64,000 nucleotides of DNA from Octopus vulgaris (lineage: Eukaryota): positions 12,958,001 through 13,022,000 of the forward strand of contig OX597831.1 in the NCBI GenBank assembly GCA_951406725.2, read 5' to 3'. Both the position numbers and the translations under genes were made by a program. Below, one piece after another: positions 27,919 to 40,779 of this stretch; position 1 is the first letter of the stretch, and every line of letters starts with the position of its first letter. The notes under the pieces were generated by a model. It saw nothing but the letters and a program-made list of their open reading frames with translations, was not told the DNA's origin and made no database searches.

Positions 27919-29194
27919 TATTTTTAGTATTAAATTAAACAGCCATCCATACTTGATGCAAGTTCATCATTTTAATTTAATTCTGTTTCTATGACACACA
28001 AAGGATTTTATTCAGCTGGGCGGCTGTTCGCAATATCAGTGAATGTTTTATTCTCTACTTCTTATACATCGGAGGCAACAAATCTCATCAGGACATGTGG
28101 CATGTGGCTGACTGTGAGTACACGCCATTGATAAGGCCCAACTAAGGAAAAAGGCATCTAGCGCTCGCAACTTGCCTCCGCTCGAACGATTTTCGTCTCC
28201 ATCCGATATATATTGTGATTTTGAACACAACACGTCCATAAGAAATGTCTTCGCTCCGCATGAATGCCACAGTAAATTGTCTCTCACCGATGTATTTACA
28301 TGAAGCAAGATACGTAGATAGCTGTCTCGTTTAACATTGTTTTTATTCTATATAATTGGGTGGATATATATTACTTACGACACAATTATTACACCAATAC
28401 AAACATGTGAATGTGTGCGTGCGTGCGTGTATGTATATGTGTGTGTGTGTGTGTGTGTATGTGTGTGTGTGTATGTGTGTAGAAAGAGAAACAGGAGAGG
28501 GAGAAATAGAAAGAGAATGAAAGAGAAAGAGAGAGGTAAATGGAAAAAGCGTAAAAAGCCTCATAAAGCGTCCCAGTTTTCCAAGTTTTATGTATACTTA
28601 TAATTTTCTAGTTTCTGTCATATTATCGTTTTTGCTTTCGTTCATTAGACGAGTAAGAAGAATTCATATCGTACTAATACTTGCACATCTAAATACTTTT
28701 TCCCTAAGCCGAATGGCCTTCGCAATCGGGATGACAAGCTGTCGGCTGCCAGCTTTGCTATTTGACAATAAACATTTTGCTATGATTGGATATTAAATAT
28801 ACATCGCAGATAATAGGAGAATAGTAATAACGATAAAAAGTTTTGATAATATTCCTTATAGAATTGCAGACATTATTGAGAAATAACTGACTTCGCTTAC
28901 AGTCGATTTTACAAACCGATTTTAAGGTTTTATTTAATAACGTTATTACTATTTGACGTAGAAAGGTATGATGGCTAAGGAGCAAGGTATGTAGGTCACT
29001 ACATCTTGTGAGGTTGTCTACACCTGGGTCACGCCTTGCTGTGATTGATTGGCAAAAGAAGCGTATTGATTTGGTGCGGATGTGTGAGAAGAAGCTTGCT
29101 TCCCAACCACATGGTGACGGGTTCAGTCCCACTGCGAGGCTCCTTGGGTAAGTTTCTGGATTTTGTAGACCGAAACTTAAAGAAGACCTTCGTG

Positions 29195-29241
<47 letters not shown>

Positions 29242-29244
<3 letters not shown>

Positions 29245-29490
29245 TGGTGCATAATTATAGCGGCTTTTCTTCAACAAATTTTATTCAACAAAAAGAATAA
29301 CAACATGTAACAAAAACATCTTTAAATGATTATTCGGAACATATTCACCATCTACTTCAATTACTGCCCCCTATTTGCTTGGCAGACGGTCAGACTGTCA
29401 TTGAAAGATGTTTTTGTTAAATATTGTTATTGTTTTGTAGAATGAAATTATTTGAAAAAAAAAAAAACCCGCAATAATTATGCACCAATC

Positions 29491-29493
<3 letters not shown>
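29242..29493 (-). mobile_element. Mariner-derived MITE in (TA)n
   Basis: TIRs GGTTGGTGCATAATTAT / ATAATTATGCACCAATCC with long subterminal symmetry; internal VIEVDGEYV-like remnant. Confidence 0.75.
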
Positions 29494-29530
<37 letters not shown>

Positions 29531-29534
<4 letters not shown>

Positions 29535-30198
29535 ATTCTCTAAATGAGATATAGACAGTAACTGCTCCATAACATAAGGGACTAAAGCCATCTGAATATG
29601 GCTAGGGACAGGGCAGGGTGGTGGGGGTGTTACTGTTGCATTTACAGGCGAACATCGACGTCGCCAGATAGGCTTGACACCATCACGGTGTCCTTTAACC
29701 TGCAAAGGGAGATAATTCCCCGATGAAGCGGAAACCACACATGGTTTCAAGGTGTATTGCCTATCATCAACGTGTGGTAGGCCCCCGCTTCCTCGACGAA
29801 ATCTCACTCTGCAGGATATTCATATATAGATTTTCAAGCAAAATACATTTGCTGATTTCGAAAATCTGTTCGACAGCAATAATAATTCTCTAAATGAGAT
29901 ATAGACAGTAACTGTTGCTTGAAAATCTATATATGAATATCCTGCAGAGTGAGATTTCGTCGAGGAAGCGGGGGCCTACCACACGTTGATGATAGGCAAT
30001 ACACCTTGAAACCATGGTCCGTGTGTGGTTTCCGCTTCATCGGGGAATTATCTCCCTTTTGCAGGTTAAAGGACACCGTGATGGTGTCAAGCCTATCTGG
30101 CGACGTCGATGTTCGCCTGGGCTAAATGCAACAGTAACACCCCCACCACCCTGCCCTGTCCCTAGCCATATTCAGATGGCTTTAGTCCCTTATGTTAT
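29531..30198. mobile_element. Fold-back retrozyme-like element in (TA)n: about 275-bp inverted arms plus 34-bp direct repeat at 350-bp period
   Basis: Arms 29569-29841 and 29915-30198; direct repeat 29531-29564 = 29881-29914. Confidence 0.85.
29965..30038 (+). ncRNA. Type I hammerhead ribozyme (C3U variant)
   Basis: CACACG-TTGATGA-tAGG caataca CCTt-GAAA-CCATGG-TC-CGTGTG; distal stem I GAAGCGGGGG/TTTCCGCTTC; predicted GUC cleavage after 30019. Confidence 0.7.
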
Positions 30199-30244
30199 AT
30201 ATATATATATTTGAGAAAAAAGGTTGTCAGAATTTTGGAAAAAA

Positions 30245-31990
30245 TATCTTTTTATTTCTTTATATGATTCACGTATCCTGTTCTTGACAACAGAACACGA
30301 TCACACATAACACATGTCCAATATTCACTGTTAATTAAAGTTCTAATTGTTCCTTTGAGACAGGCCCTTTGAAGCTCTGAGTGCTGTATCATCTTTCCTT
30401 CCCAGGCACTGCAACCAGTCCTCTCCAAACAGTACCTCTCCACTTGTTCCAATCTTGAACACCATTTTCCTAATCTTTCTTGTTCATATCTAGTTTCTTC
30501 AGCTTTTCCTTCACACAGTCTTTATACCCTTTCCTTGGCTTATGTTGTGGTCGTTTACCAGACTTGAGCTCACCATAAAAAAAGGACGCTTTGGCAATCG
30601 CTCGTCTTTCATTTAAAACATGTCCAGTTCATCTCATTTGAGCCAAGATAGCATGTTGTTCAATTGAGCTACAACCTTCCATGCGCAAAACTCCTGTATC
30701 TGGTATGAAGCACTTTTGATGAAATCTCTCCAGCATTTTATATGATGCTTGTAAGGGGTCGACATCTCACTTAAATAAAGTAGTGCAGACAATACACACG
30801 CTTTATAGACACTGATTTCTGTCTGCAGGGAAATGCCTCTATCCGCCCACACTCACTTTTCCAGCTTTCCAAATGCATTATTTCCCTTCCCTATTCGATA
30901 ATATATCTCTGCATTAAGACCACCATCTCTTGACAGTGTGCTTCCATGGTAAACAAAGGTCAACGACTTTTAACATTGTTCCATTCACAAAAATGTTTGG
31001 TTCAGAATAAGTTTTGTCCTGGTGAGGGAGTAAACATTATTTTGGTTTTAGCCCAGACAGACTAATTGTGAGTCCGAAATGTACACATGCAGTGGAAAAT
31101 CTGCCCATTAAATGTTGCACATCCCCCTCTGAATGTGTCAACAAATCAGCATCATCAACATAAAGTAATTCTCTTACAAGTGATTTGAAAGTTTTTGCTT
31201 TGCAGTAAAACCGGGTCGAATTAAAAATGCGACCAGATGTCCGAAATCTGATTCCGATTCCCCTGTTGCACTCCTTGAAACCATACCAAAGCAATGCAGC
31301 AAAATAGAGAAAAGTGTAGGGGCAGGAATATCTCCCTATTTGACATCGTTATCCACCGAAAATTCATGAGATAATTCACTATTAAAGACTACCTGAGCTT
31401 TCATGTTTCTGTGTAGTTCCTTAAAGATGCTCACAAAATGAATTGGGCAACCAAGTTTACACAAAACAATCCACAGTGCCTCCCTGTTAATTTAACAATA
31501 CTTTAGTTAAATCTATGAAGACCTGGTGTAGTGGCATTTGTTCCTCTAAGCATTTCTCTTGAACCTGCCTCACAGAAAATATCATGTCCGTTGTTCCTCG
31601 CTCAGGTCTGAAACCACACCGTTCTTCAGGAATCATATGTGGACACACATTCTCAATGAGACGATCTAACATGATCCTTCAAAGTATCTTCCCGGTTTGT
31701 ACCAGGAGTGTTATCCCTCTAGAATTACCACACATTGCTTTTGGGCCCTTATCCTTGTATACAGAAATTAAAATGCCATTTATCCATTCTTGTGACACAG
31801 AAGATTCATTCAAAACTCGAGTTATCAGGCTATGACTATCAGATGAAATATGATCCCCACATTCTATCAGAATTTCAACTGGAATACCTTCCAATCCAGG
31901 TGCTTTACCTGATCTCAGTTTACATAATGCCAAATTTTCTTATTCAATGGAAAGTGTATCATTGATGCGTTGCACTATCTCGCTTTGTAG
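30245..31990 (-). pseudogene. RTE-clade (BovB-like) LINE reverse transcriptase, decayed
   Basis: [55 protein letters not shown]-terminal CxxC...H finger; many stops and frameshifts. Confidence 0.9.
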
Positions 31991-32011
31991 AATATGTATG
32001 TATATATATAG

Positions 32012-32320
32012 TGAGGCGAAATGGTCCAGTAGTTAGGGCAGTGGACTGGCGGTTGTAGGATTGCGGTTTCGATTCCCAGACCGAGCAATGCGAGAGTTTA
32101 TTGAGCGTAAACACGTAAACCTCCACGAGGGTACGGCAGAGGGTAGGGGCGAACCCTGCTGTACTCTTTCACTACAACTTTCATTCTTTCTTCCTGTTTC
32201 TGTAGTACCTGTATTTCAAAGGGCCAGCCTTGTCACACTCTGTGTCAGGTTGAATCTCCCCGAGAACTACGTTAAAGGTACACGTGTCTGTGGAGTGTTC
32301 AGCCACTTGGACGTTAATTT
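32012..32320 (+). mobile_element. SINE family C
   Basis: Head and body match 53833-54212; interleaved with family B at 32330-32737. Confidence 0.75.
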
Positions 32321-32876
32321 CCCGTATACTCTTTAACTTGTTTCAGTCATTTGACTGCGGCCATGGTTGATCACCGCCTTTAGTCGAACAAATCAACCCC
32401 AGGACTTATGCGTTGTAAGCCTAGTACTTATTTTATCGGGGTCTTTTGCCGAACCGCTAGCTTACGGAGATGTAAACACACCAACATTGGCTGTCAAGCG
32501 GAACAATTGGAACCCTCGTCGTCGTGACCGACAGAGCGCCACGATACACACACACAAAATATACACATATACAGACACTCACGAGAAGCTTCTTTCAGGT
32601 TTCTGTTTATGAAATCCACTCACAAGACAGGCAGGGGTTATAGCAGAAGACATTTGCTCGGAGTGCCACGCAGTAGAACTGAACCCAAAACCATACGGTT
32701 GCGAAGCAAGCTTCTTACTACACAGCCACGCCTGCGCTTCCTACAAACAGATAATTCAAGATGAAAACTCCTGTCATATCGGATGAATTTCAACTGTGGC
32801 GCTTCTCATTGCTTGTGTTAAACATGATCAACACTAGAGCTCCGTGACGCGTGCGCACACTGATATTTACACACAC

Positions 32877-32926
<50 letters not shown>

Positions 32927-33147
32927 TCTTATAAATCATAAACTATGAGAAGAACAACACTTGACTAACGTGACGGAAGTTTTCTTTTAGGCTGTCGAAG
33001 AATCTAAAATTTTTTTCTCTCTTAAGAGATGTGCTACTTTTAGCACCAATATACCTACACACATTCAAGCATGTATACATATAAACATACATATATACAA
33101 ATATAGATACATACTTACATACATTCATACATTCAAACATATACTAC

Positions 33148-33303
33148 TTATTTCAGTCATTTGACTGTAGCCATGCTGGAGCACCGCCTTTAGTCGAAAC
33201 AAATAGGCCCCAGGACTTATTCTTTGTAAGCCTAGTACTTATTCTATCCAAACGTAAACACACCAGCATTGATCGTCAAGCGGTGGTGGGGTGACAAACA
33301 CAG

Positions 33304-33354
<51 letters not shown>

Positions 33355-33480
33355 ATGGTCTTCTTTCAGTTTCCATCTACCAAATCCACTCACAAGGCTT
33401 TCTTTGGTCGAGCCGAGGCTATAGTAGAAGACACTTGCCCAAAGCACCACGCAGTGGGACTGAACCCGGCACCATGTGGG
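33148..33480 (-). mobile_element. SINE family B
   Basis: Similarity to young copies. Confidence 0.75.
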
Positions 33481-33979
33481 ACAAAGTGGGATCTTGTTTG
33501 AAAACCACTGATGATGACTAATTGCTCTTTTTCAGCAAACACAATTCATCGTTCAAAGATTAAGTTTCATTCCGGACATGGCCTTTCCTTTCTTCAATTT
33601 CAGAAGATTCGAGACGGAGGTGTCGCTTGATTTTTAACTGCTCCATTAATATCTCTCTTCTATGATACATTATATGTTGATTGCTATGGCTGACTGTTGT
33701 CACAAAAGCAAAACGCTTAATGAAAACTTCCATAATAGAATGATGGCATGATTCAACGTGGGTGGTAAGCTCTTTGAACATCTGCTGGAAGAAGCGGCCA
33801 GCATGGCTACATTAGTGCGAATGAGAATAGGTGACTAGCAGGATTCAAAAGCCATATCCGTCTTGCTCATGTTTCAGAGATGAAACAAACGACAGTTTTA
33901 CTCGAAATCGTCTGTAGTCATTATGTATAAACGCGCGCGCAGGTGTATGTGTGTGAGTGTATGTGTGCAAAAAAAAAAA

Positions 33980-34011
<32 letters not shown>

Positions 34012-34021
34012 CTCTCTCTCA

Positions 34022-34061
<40 letters not shown>

Positions 34062-35491
34062 GCGCAGGGGTGTCTGTGCGGTGAGTAGCTTGCTTCCCAA
34101 CCACATGGTTCCGGGTTCAGTCCCACTGCGAGGCACCTTGGGCAAGTGTATTCAACTATACCTTAGGGCCGACCAAAGCCTCGTTAGTGGATTTGGTTGG
34201 TCACACATGACTATTGTAGGGGTCATTATTCTAAGCTGTTCGCACTGTAGAACCGAGTCAGAAGCCACGTCGTTGCGAACTGAAATTCGTAGCCCCACAG
34301 CCAAGGAAAGACACACGCGGCTCGCGCGCGCACACTCAAACATTCGCATATTTGAACGAATGAACGAGAATACGAAAACGTGTCAACGATTTTTTTGAAA
34401 TTTATTTGAAATTTACTTTTTGCTATTTCAAGAGGATGTTCGCATTGCTCTGCTTAATTTAAATTCTTCATGCTACTGGAGAACAAACAATAAGTGCAAA
34501 ACAACAAAACAATAGAAAAAAAATAATACACAAACAAATATAATTTTATTTTAGTGGGCTTTATGGTAAGTTTGATTGTCAATTGATAATCTATTGATCT
34601 GTCTGAAGTAATCACAGCTGTAATTAAATTCTTCATTAATTCTCATTCAACAGACTTTTAATTCTTCCAGGCAATTTTCTTCGCTTTTGAAAACGTTCTT
34701 GAAATACTAAAAAGTATTAATGTTTCACTTTTATTTGACTAATTGAAATTATTTGAATTAAACACTGATCTCAGATTTGATAAAAATAGTCCCAGTCCCA
34801 AGTGTTTGTCTAAATACTTAAAATCTACAAGAATGGAAGACATAAAAATTGACCAAAATATTCCGGTAGGAATTTGTTTCTAATGACAATTCTATTAAAT
34901 TTGTCAATACTTGAAACTGTTGTTGAAGAAGATTTACGGATAAGTTCATTTGCTGTATTTAGTTTAGCATTGGTCAAACAATGCATTACCGCGCTGGGAT
35001 TATGAAATTTCTATAAAACGTTTATTCATTTCAGAATTGAACAAAATCTTGATTGAATTGGCCAATAAATTATTGGACTTTTACAGAATGAGGATTTGTC
35101 ATAGCCATCCAATAGTAATGGTTTCTTTTCAATTGGTATAAAAGCCAAAATTTAAAGGAGTGACGAAGGGAGAGGTAGACGATTTAATCAATCGCAGTGT
35201 AATTTAAATAACTATTTATGTTGAACCAAATTGCGTGACAAAATGTAAATTTGAGGTCGATCGGATTTAAACTAGCATAACATGGAGGGAAAAGAATTCC
35301 AAGCGGGAGTATTCGATCTACTTGAAATAACAGCCAAACCAACCTGAAGTAAGCATTACCAATATAGGTACAAAGCTTTAAATTTCGGTGAACGGTGCTT
35401 GTCGTTTACATCGACTTCAATGCTCGGCAGACACTTATTTTATCGACCCTGATTTAAGTGATTTCAATTTTATCATGGTTAATCGACTTAG

Positions 35492-35890
35492 AGCGGTGAG
35501 CTGGCAGAATCGTTAGCACGCTGGAAAAAATATTTAGTGGTATTTCGTCCACCTTTATGTTCTAGGTTCAAATTCTGCCGAGGTCGACTTTGCCTTTCAT
35601 CCTTTCGGGGTCAATTAATAAGTACCAGTTACGCACTGGGGTTGATATAATCAACTTAATCCGTTTGTCTGTCCTTGTTTGTCCCTTCTGTGTTTAGCCC
35701 CTTGTGGGTAGTAAAGAAATAGGTATTTCGTCCGCCTTTATGTTCTAGGTTCAAATTCTGCCGCGGTGATTTTTCCTTCCATCCTTTCGGGATCAGTGAA
35801 ATAAGTACCAGGTGAGCATTGGGGTTGATGTAATCGACTATCCCCTCCCCTAAAACTGCAGGCATTATGCCTATAGTAGAAAGGATTATG
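35492..35890 (+). mobile_element. SINE family A with 183-nt reiteration
   Basis: GGTATTTCGTCC at 35539 and 35722. Confidence 0.8.
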
Positions 35891-36470
35891 AACGATCGAT
35901 TTATATCTTATCTGACGTATAATATGCTAGCTGATTTGTTGATGATGGATGTGATACATTCGACTCATCGGCATGCTGGTGACACGCCCAACAAATGATA
36001 TAAATTTGATATAAATTTATCCTGCATCGTAGATTCATTTCGTGAGTAGTGCTTCAAATACGGATGCTTGAAGAAGTAAACGAACAGCAATGTTTATTAC
36101 TTATGTCGCATATATTAACATCTATTGTATAACGTTATCAAGTGGTATGGAATAAACAACTTTCGTTTATGGAAACTTTCGTAACAGCGAACTGACTTCT
36201 CTTTTCCTCAATCAAATTAATTATTATTCACTCTGAGAGTCTTATGACTTGCCTACTGGATCATATCCTGGTTTTGTAAAGGGCCTCTTTCGGCCACTTT
36301 TTCAAGTATATCTCATATTCCTTGCTGAATGGAATACTACACTGTCCAGGTTCCCACATGAAGGAGGTTGACATCCAGAATATATTTATCCTCCTAAGTA
36401 TATCATACACAAGCACGTACGCGCACACACGCACGTACGCGCACACACATGTATATACACACATACATAC

Positions 36471-36531
<61 letters not shown>

Positions 36532-36743
36532 CTTTTATTCATTTACTTGTTTCAGTCATTTGACTGCGGCCATGCGGGAGCACTACCTTAAAGAGTTTTA
36601 GTCGGAGAAATCGACCCAAGGGCTTTTGTTTTTTGAAAGCTAGTACTTATTCTATCGTCCTTTTGCCGAACTACTACCTTACGGGAGTGTAAATACACCA
36701 ACATCGGTTGTCAAGTGATGGCGCAAGGACACAGACAGAAAAA

Positions 36744-36781
<38 letters not shown>

Positions 36782-36866
36782 ACACACATATATATATAAA
36801 GCAACGCGAGGATGTAGTACATATAAGGTATTACTGAGACGCTCAAAGAAGGAAAGAAAGAGTGGT

Positions 36867-36903
36867 TGTTTTACGTTTCGAGCAAAGCTCTTCTTCGGAA
36901 ACA
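36867..36903 (-). ncRNA. Minimal hammerhead-like motif inside repeat 36800-36975
   Basis: TGTTT-CCGAAGA-AGAGC ttt GCTC-GAAA-CG-TA-AAACA; U4C core variant. Confidence 0.5.
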
Positions 36904-37117
36904 GGAGACATAGGAAAGTCCAAAAGAAGAAGGAGAAAAAAATCGCCAATAATCCACGTGTAGTTACATTTTTGAAAAAAAAAATGTGTGTGTGTGTGAA
37001 GGATTGATGCTAGATGTGTTGAAACAATTGTAATGATTAATAAGATTCTCGTATCTTCTCTCTTCCGTCTTTCATTTACCACACACACACACACACACAC
37101 ACACATATGGTAAAATG

Positions 37118-37174
<57 letters not shown>

Positions 37175-37176
<2 letters not shown>

Positions 37177-37580
37177 CGCAGGAGTGGCTGTGTGGTAAGT
37201 TGCTTGCTAACCAACCACATGGCTCCGGGTTCAGTCCCACTGCGTGGCATCTTGGGCAAGTGTCTTCTGCTATAGCCCCGGGCCGACTAATGCCTTGTGA
37301 GTGGATTTGGTAGACGGAAACTGAAAGAAACCTGTCGTATATATGTATATATATATGTATGTGTGTGTGTTTGTGTGTCTGTGTTCCCCTAGCGTTGCTT
37401 GACAACCGATGCTGGTGTGTTTACGTCCCGTCACTTAGCGGTTCGGCAAGAGAGACCGATAGAATAAGTACTGGGCTTACAAAGAATAAGTCCCGGGGTC
37501 GAGTTGCTCGACTAAAGGCGGTGCTCCAGCATGGCCGCAGTCAAATGACTGAAACAAGTAAAAGAGTAAAAGAGTAAGAG
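37175..37580 (+). mobile_element. SINE family B, young full-length
   Basis: Complete head, internal microsatellite, (GTAAAAGA)n tail; inserted at TA tract. Confidence 0.9.
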
Positions 37581-37589
37581 TATATATAT

Positions 37590-38070
37590 CAAGAAAAGAA
37601 AAAAGTGGTTCAAGAACGTAACAGGCGTCTACAAAACATCCGGACAGTTAGACGATAGAAAAAAGAACGGGATATAAACAAGGACGGTTTATTCGGAGCC
37701 TCCTATTCTCAGTCGAGTTGCAGATCGTCTTTGCTATCTCGGCCGGTTACACTCGAGACTGCTCCAATCTTGCCAGCCCCAATAAAATCTGAGCTAAGAG
37801 CACTAGACTCCTTGGAAGAAAGCAAGCGAATGTATACGAAAACAAGGACGGAAAAACGGAGAAATGGTACACAATTACAACAGGACATTAACAACAGGTG
37901 TCTTTCGACTAAGGACGAATTAAATGAAGCTGGCGTGTGTGGAAGGGAAGCCTTGCGGCAGGGAGATAAGAGATGCTGCACGGATGGTAGTCGAACCAAG
38001 AAAGAAAGGTCCGGCTTGGCGGAACACCGGTCACAAATAAGGAGAGGAGAAAGGTAGGGAGCAGAGGAAT
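37590..38070 (-). mobile_element. Unclassified interspersed repeat (homolog of 10565-11010)
   Basis: Reverse-complement similarity along most of its length. Confidence 0.7.
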
Positions 38071-38222
38071 TGAAGAATTAGTGGGGACGAGAAAAAGAGA
38101 AAAAGAAAGGAAAGGAGAGAGTGAAGTAAAAAAGGAGGGAAAGTGAGAATAAAGGGAAGGCCAAGAAATGTGAGAGAGGGGGATAGTGCATTTTCTTTTT
38201 ATATGTAATCTTTTTATATACA

Positions 38223-38643
38223 AGGCGCAGGAGTGGCTGTGTGGTAAGTAGCTTGCTAACCCAGCACATGGTTCTGGGTTCAGTCCCACTGCATGGCATC
38301 TTGGGCAAGTGTCTTCTGCTATAGCCCCGGGCCGACTAATGCCTTGTGAGTGGATTTGGTAGAGGGAAACTGAAAGAAGCCTGTCGTATATATGTATATA
38401 TATATGTATATGTGTACGTGTATGTTTGTGTGTCTGTGTTTGTCCCCCTAGCATTGCTTGACAACCGATGCTGGTGTGTTTACGTCCCCGTCACTTAGCG
38501 GTTCGGCAAAAGAGACCGATAGAATAAGTACTGGACTTACAAAGAATAAGTCCCGGGGTCGATTTGCTCGACTAAAGGCGGTGCTCCAGCAAGGCCGCAG
38601 TCAAATGACTGAAACAAGTAAAAGAGTAAAAGAGTAAAGAGTA
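38223..38643 (+). mobile_element. SINE family B, young full-length
   Basis: As 37175-37580. Confidence 0.9.
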
Positions 38644-38674
38644 TATATATATATTATACACACCAACACCGACG

Positions 38675-38756
<82 letters not shown>

Positions 38757-39310
38757 TAATAATGATTGAACAACAGATGACTGCTGAGACCGAGTGTTTC
38801 ATATAACATAAAGAGCTGTTGAACCCTTCACACATTTAGGAGACTTTCAATAGTTGGACCTATTTTTCTTCCGCCTTCTTATTTGTCCTTGAGTCCCTGC
38901 GTGAGATTTTATCGAATTGGCTTAAGTTCAAAAGAATTCGCCAACCGTGAACATCCCGCCTTTCTCTCTTTGTGCAGAGGACCCAGGATTACATTGCTAC
39001 TCAATGTGTTGCCCTTCTTCTTCTTTTCCTTCTCTTCTCCACCTCCCTCTTTTCCTGCTCCTTTGCCTGTTGCTACTCCTTCTCCTCCTGCTTCTGCTAT
39101 TGCCCCGCCCCACTCCTCGCCTCCTCCACCTCGTCCTCCTCGTTCTTCTTCTCCTTCTCGTTATTCTCCTCGTCCTCCTCCTCGTCCTCCTCCTCCTCCT
39201 CCCGCTTCTTCACCCTGTTGTTGTTCACTCTTCTTTATTTCTTTTTCTTTCTTTTTCTTCCTTGTCTCCCTCCCTTCTTCTTCTTCTTCTTCTTCTATAT
39301 ATATATATAC

Positions 39311-39361
<51 letters not shown>

Positions 39362-39368
39362 AATATAT

Positions 39369-39778
39369 ACTCTTTTACTCTTTTACTTGTTTCAGTCTTT
39401 TGACTGCGGCCATGCTGGAGCACCGCCTTTAGTCGAGCAAATCGACCCCGGGACTTATTCTTTGTAAGCCCAGTACTTATTCTATCAGTCTCTTCTGCCG
39501 AACCGCTAAGTGACGGGGACGTAAACATACCAGCATCGGTTGTCAAGCAATGCTAGGGGGACAAACACAGACACACAAACACACACACACACATACATAT
39601 ATACACATATATACGACAGGCTTCTTTCAGTTTCCGTCTACCAAATCCACTCACAAGGCATTGGTCGGCCCGGGGCTATAGCAGAAGACACTTGCCCAAG
39701 ATTCCACGCAGTGGGACTGAACCCGGAACCATGTGGTTGTTTAGCAAGCTACTTACCACACAGCCACTCCTGCGCCTA
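39369..39778 (-). mobile_element. SINE family B, young full-length
   Basis: Near-perfect reverse complement of 38223-38643; an older copy follows at 39800-40162. Confidence 0.9.
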
Positions 39779-40404
39779 TATATATTCTTCTATTTCTATT
39801 TGTTTCCGTCATTTGACTATGTCCATGCTAGTGCATTGCTTTTGGTCGAGCAAATCGACCCCCAGGACTTATTCTTTGTAAGCCTAGTACTTATTCTATC
39901 ACTCTCTTTTGCCGAACCGCTAAACACAACCAGTATCGGTGGTCAAGCGATGGTGGAGGAAGAAACGCAAACACACACACAAACACACATACATACATAA
40001 TATACACACACACATATATACGACGGGCTTCTTTTAGTTTCCGTTAACCAAGTTCACTCACAAGGCTTTGGTCGGCCCGAGGTTATAGAAGACATTTGCC
40101 TAAGGTGTCACGCAGTGAGACTGAACCCGGAACCATGTGGCTGGGAAGCAAGCTACTTACCACACAGCCACTCCTGTGCCTATGAGACAAAGGCGACTGA
40201 AGAAGGGGAATTTTCCTTGTGTTATTTGTCCTGTACTCTATTTTTTCGTTGTTTAAGAAAAACGTCTATTTCCTTGGTTTTGTGTTTATGTTTTCGTTTC
40301 TCATTGTGTTCGACGTTTTTTTGGTGTCCTGTACTCATATATGCATGTATATATACATGTAGAGGTAGGTACGTACATATATGTTTTATTTATTTATTAA
40401 TTTA

Positions 40405-40506
<102 letters not shown>

Positions 40507-40665
40507 ATGAGGATGTCTATATATATATACATATAATATATAGTCGAAACTCGGACTATAAAAACCATGTTAAGTGTTCGCATCGCACCATGAGATAAGA
40601 CAGAGGGACAAAATATACAAGCATAAATATCGATACTTAAATATCGATATTATCCTCATATATAA

Positions 40666-40715
<50 letters not shown>

Positions 40716-40779
40716 TTCTTTACTAGTTTCAGCTCTCGAGAGCTGCAGGCATTCTGGGACACAGACGTCAGCTTTGCAA

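Noticed and set aside
33560-33781. 73-aa non-repetitive ORF
   Set aside because: In-frame stop shortly upstream; no recognisable family.
36261-36395. Possible exon WMSTSFMWEPGQCSIPFSKEYEIYLKKWPK
   Set aside because: No recognisable domain, weak splice signals; could be a LINE remnant.
38883-39432. Proline-rich ORF
   Set aside because: (CCT/CTT)n low-complexity tract running into (TA)n and a SINE.
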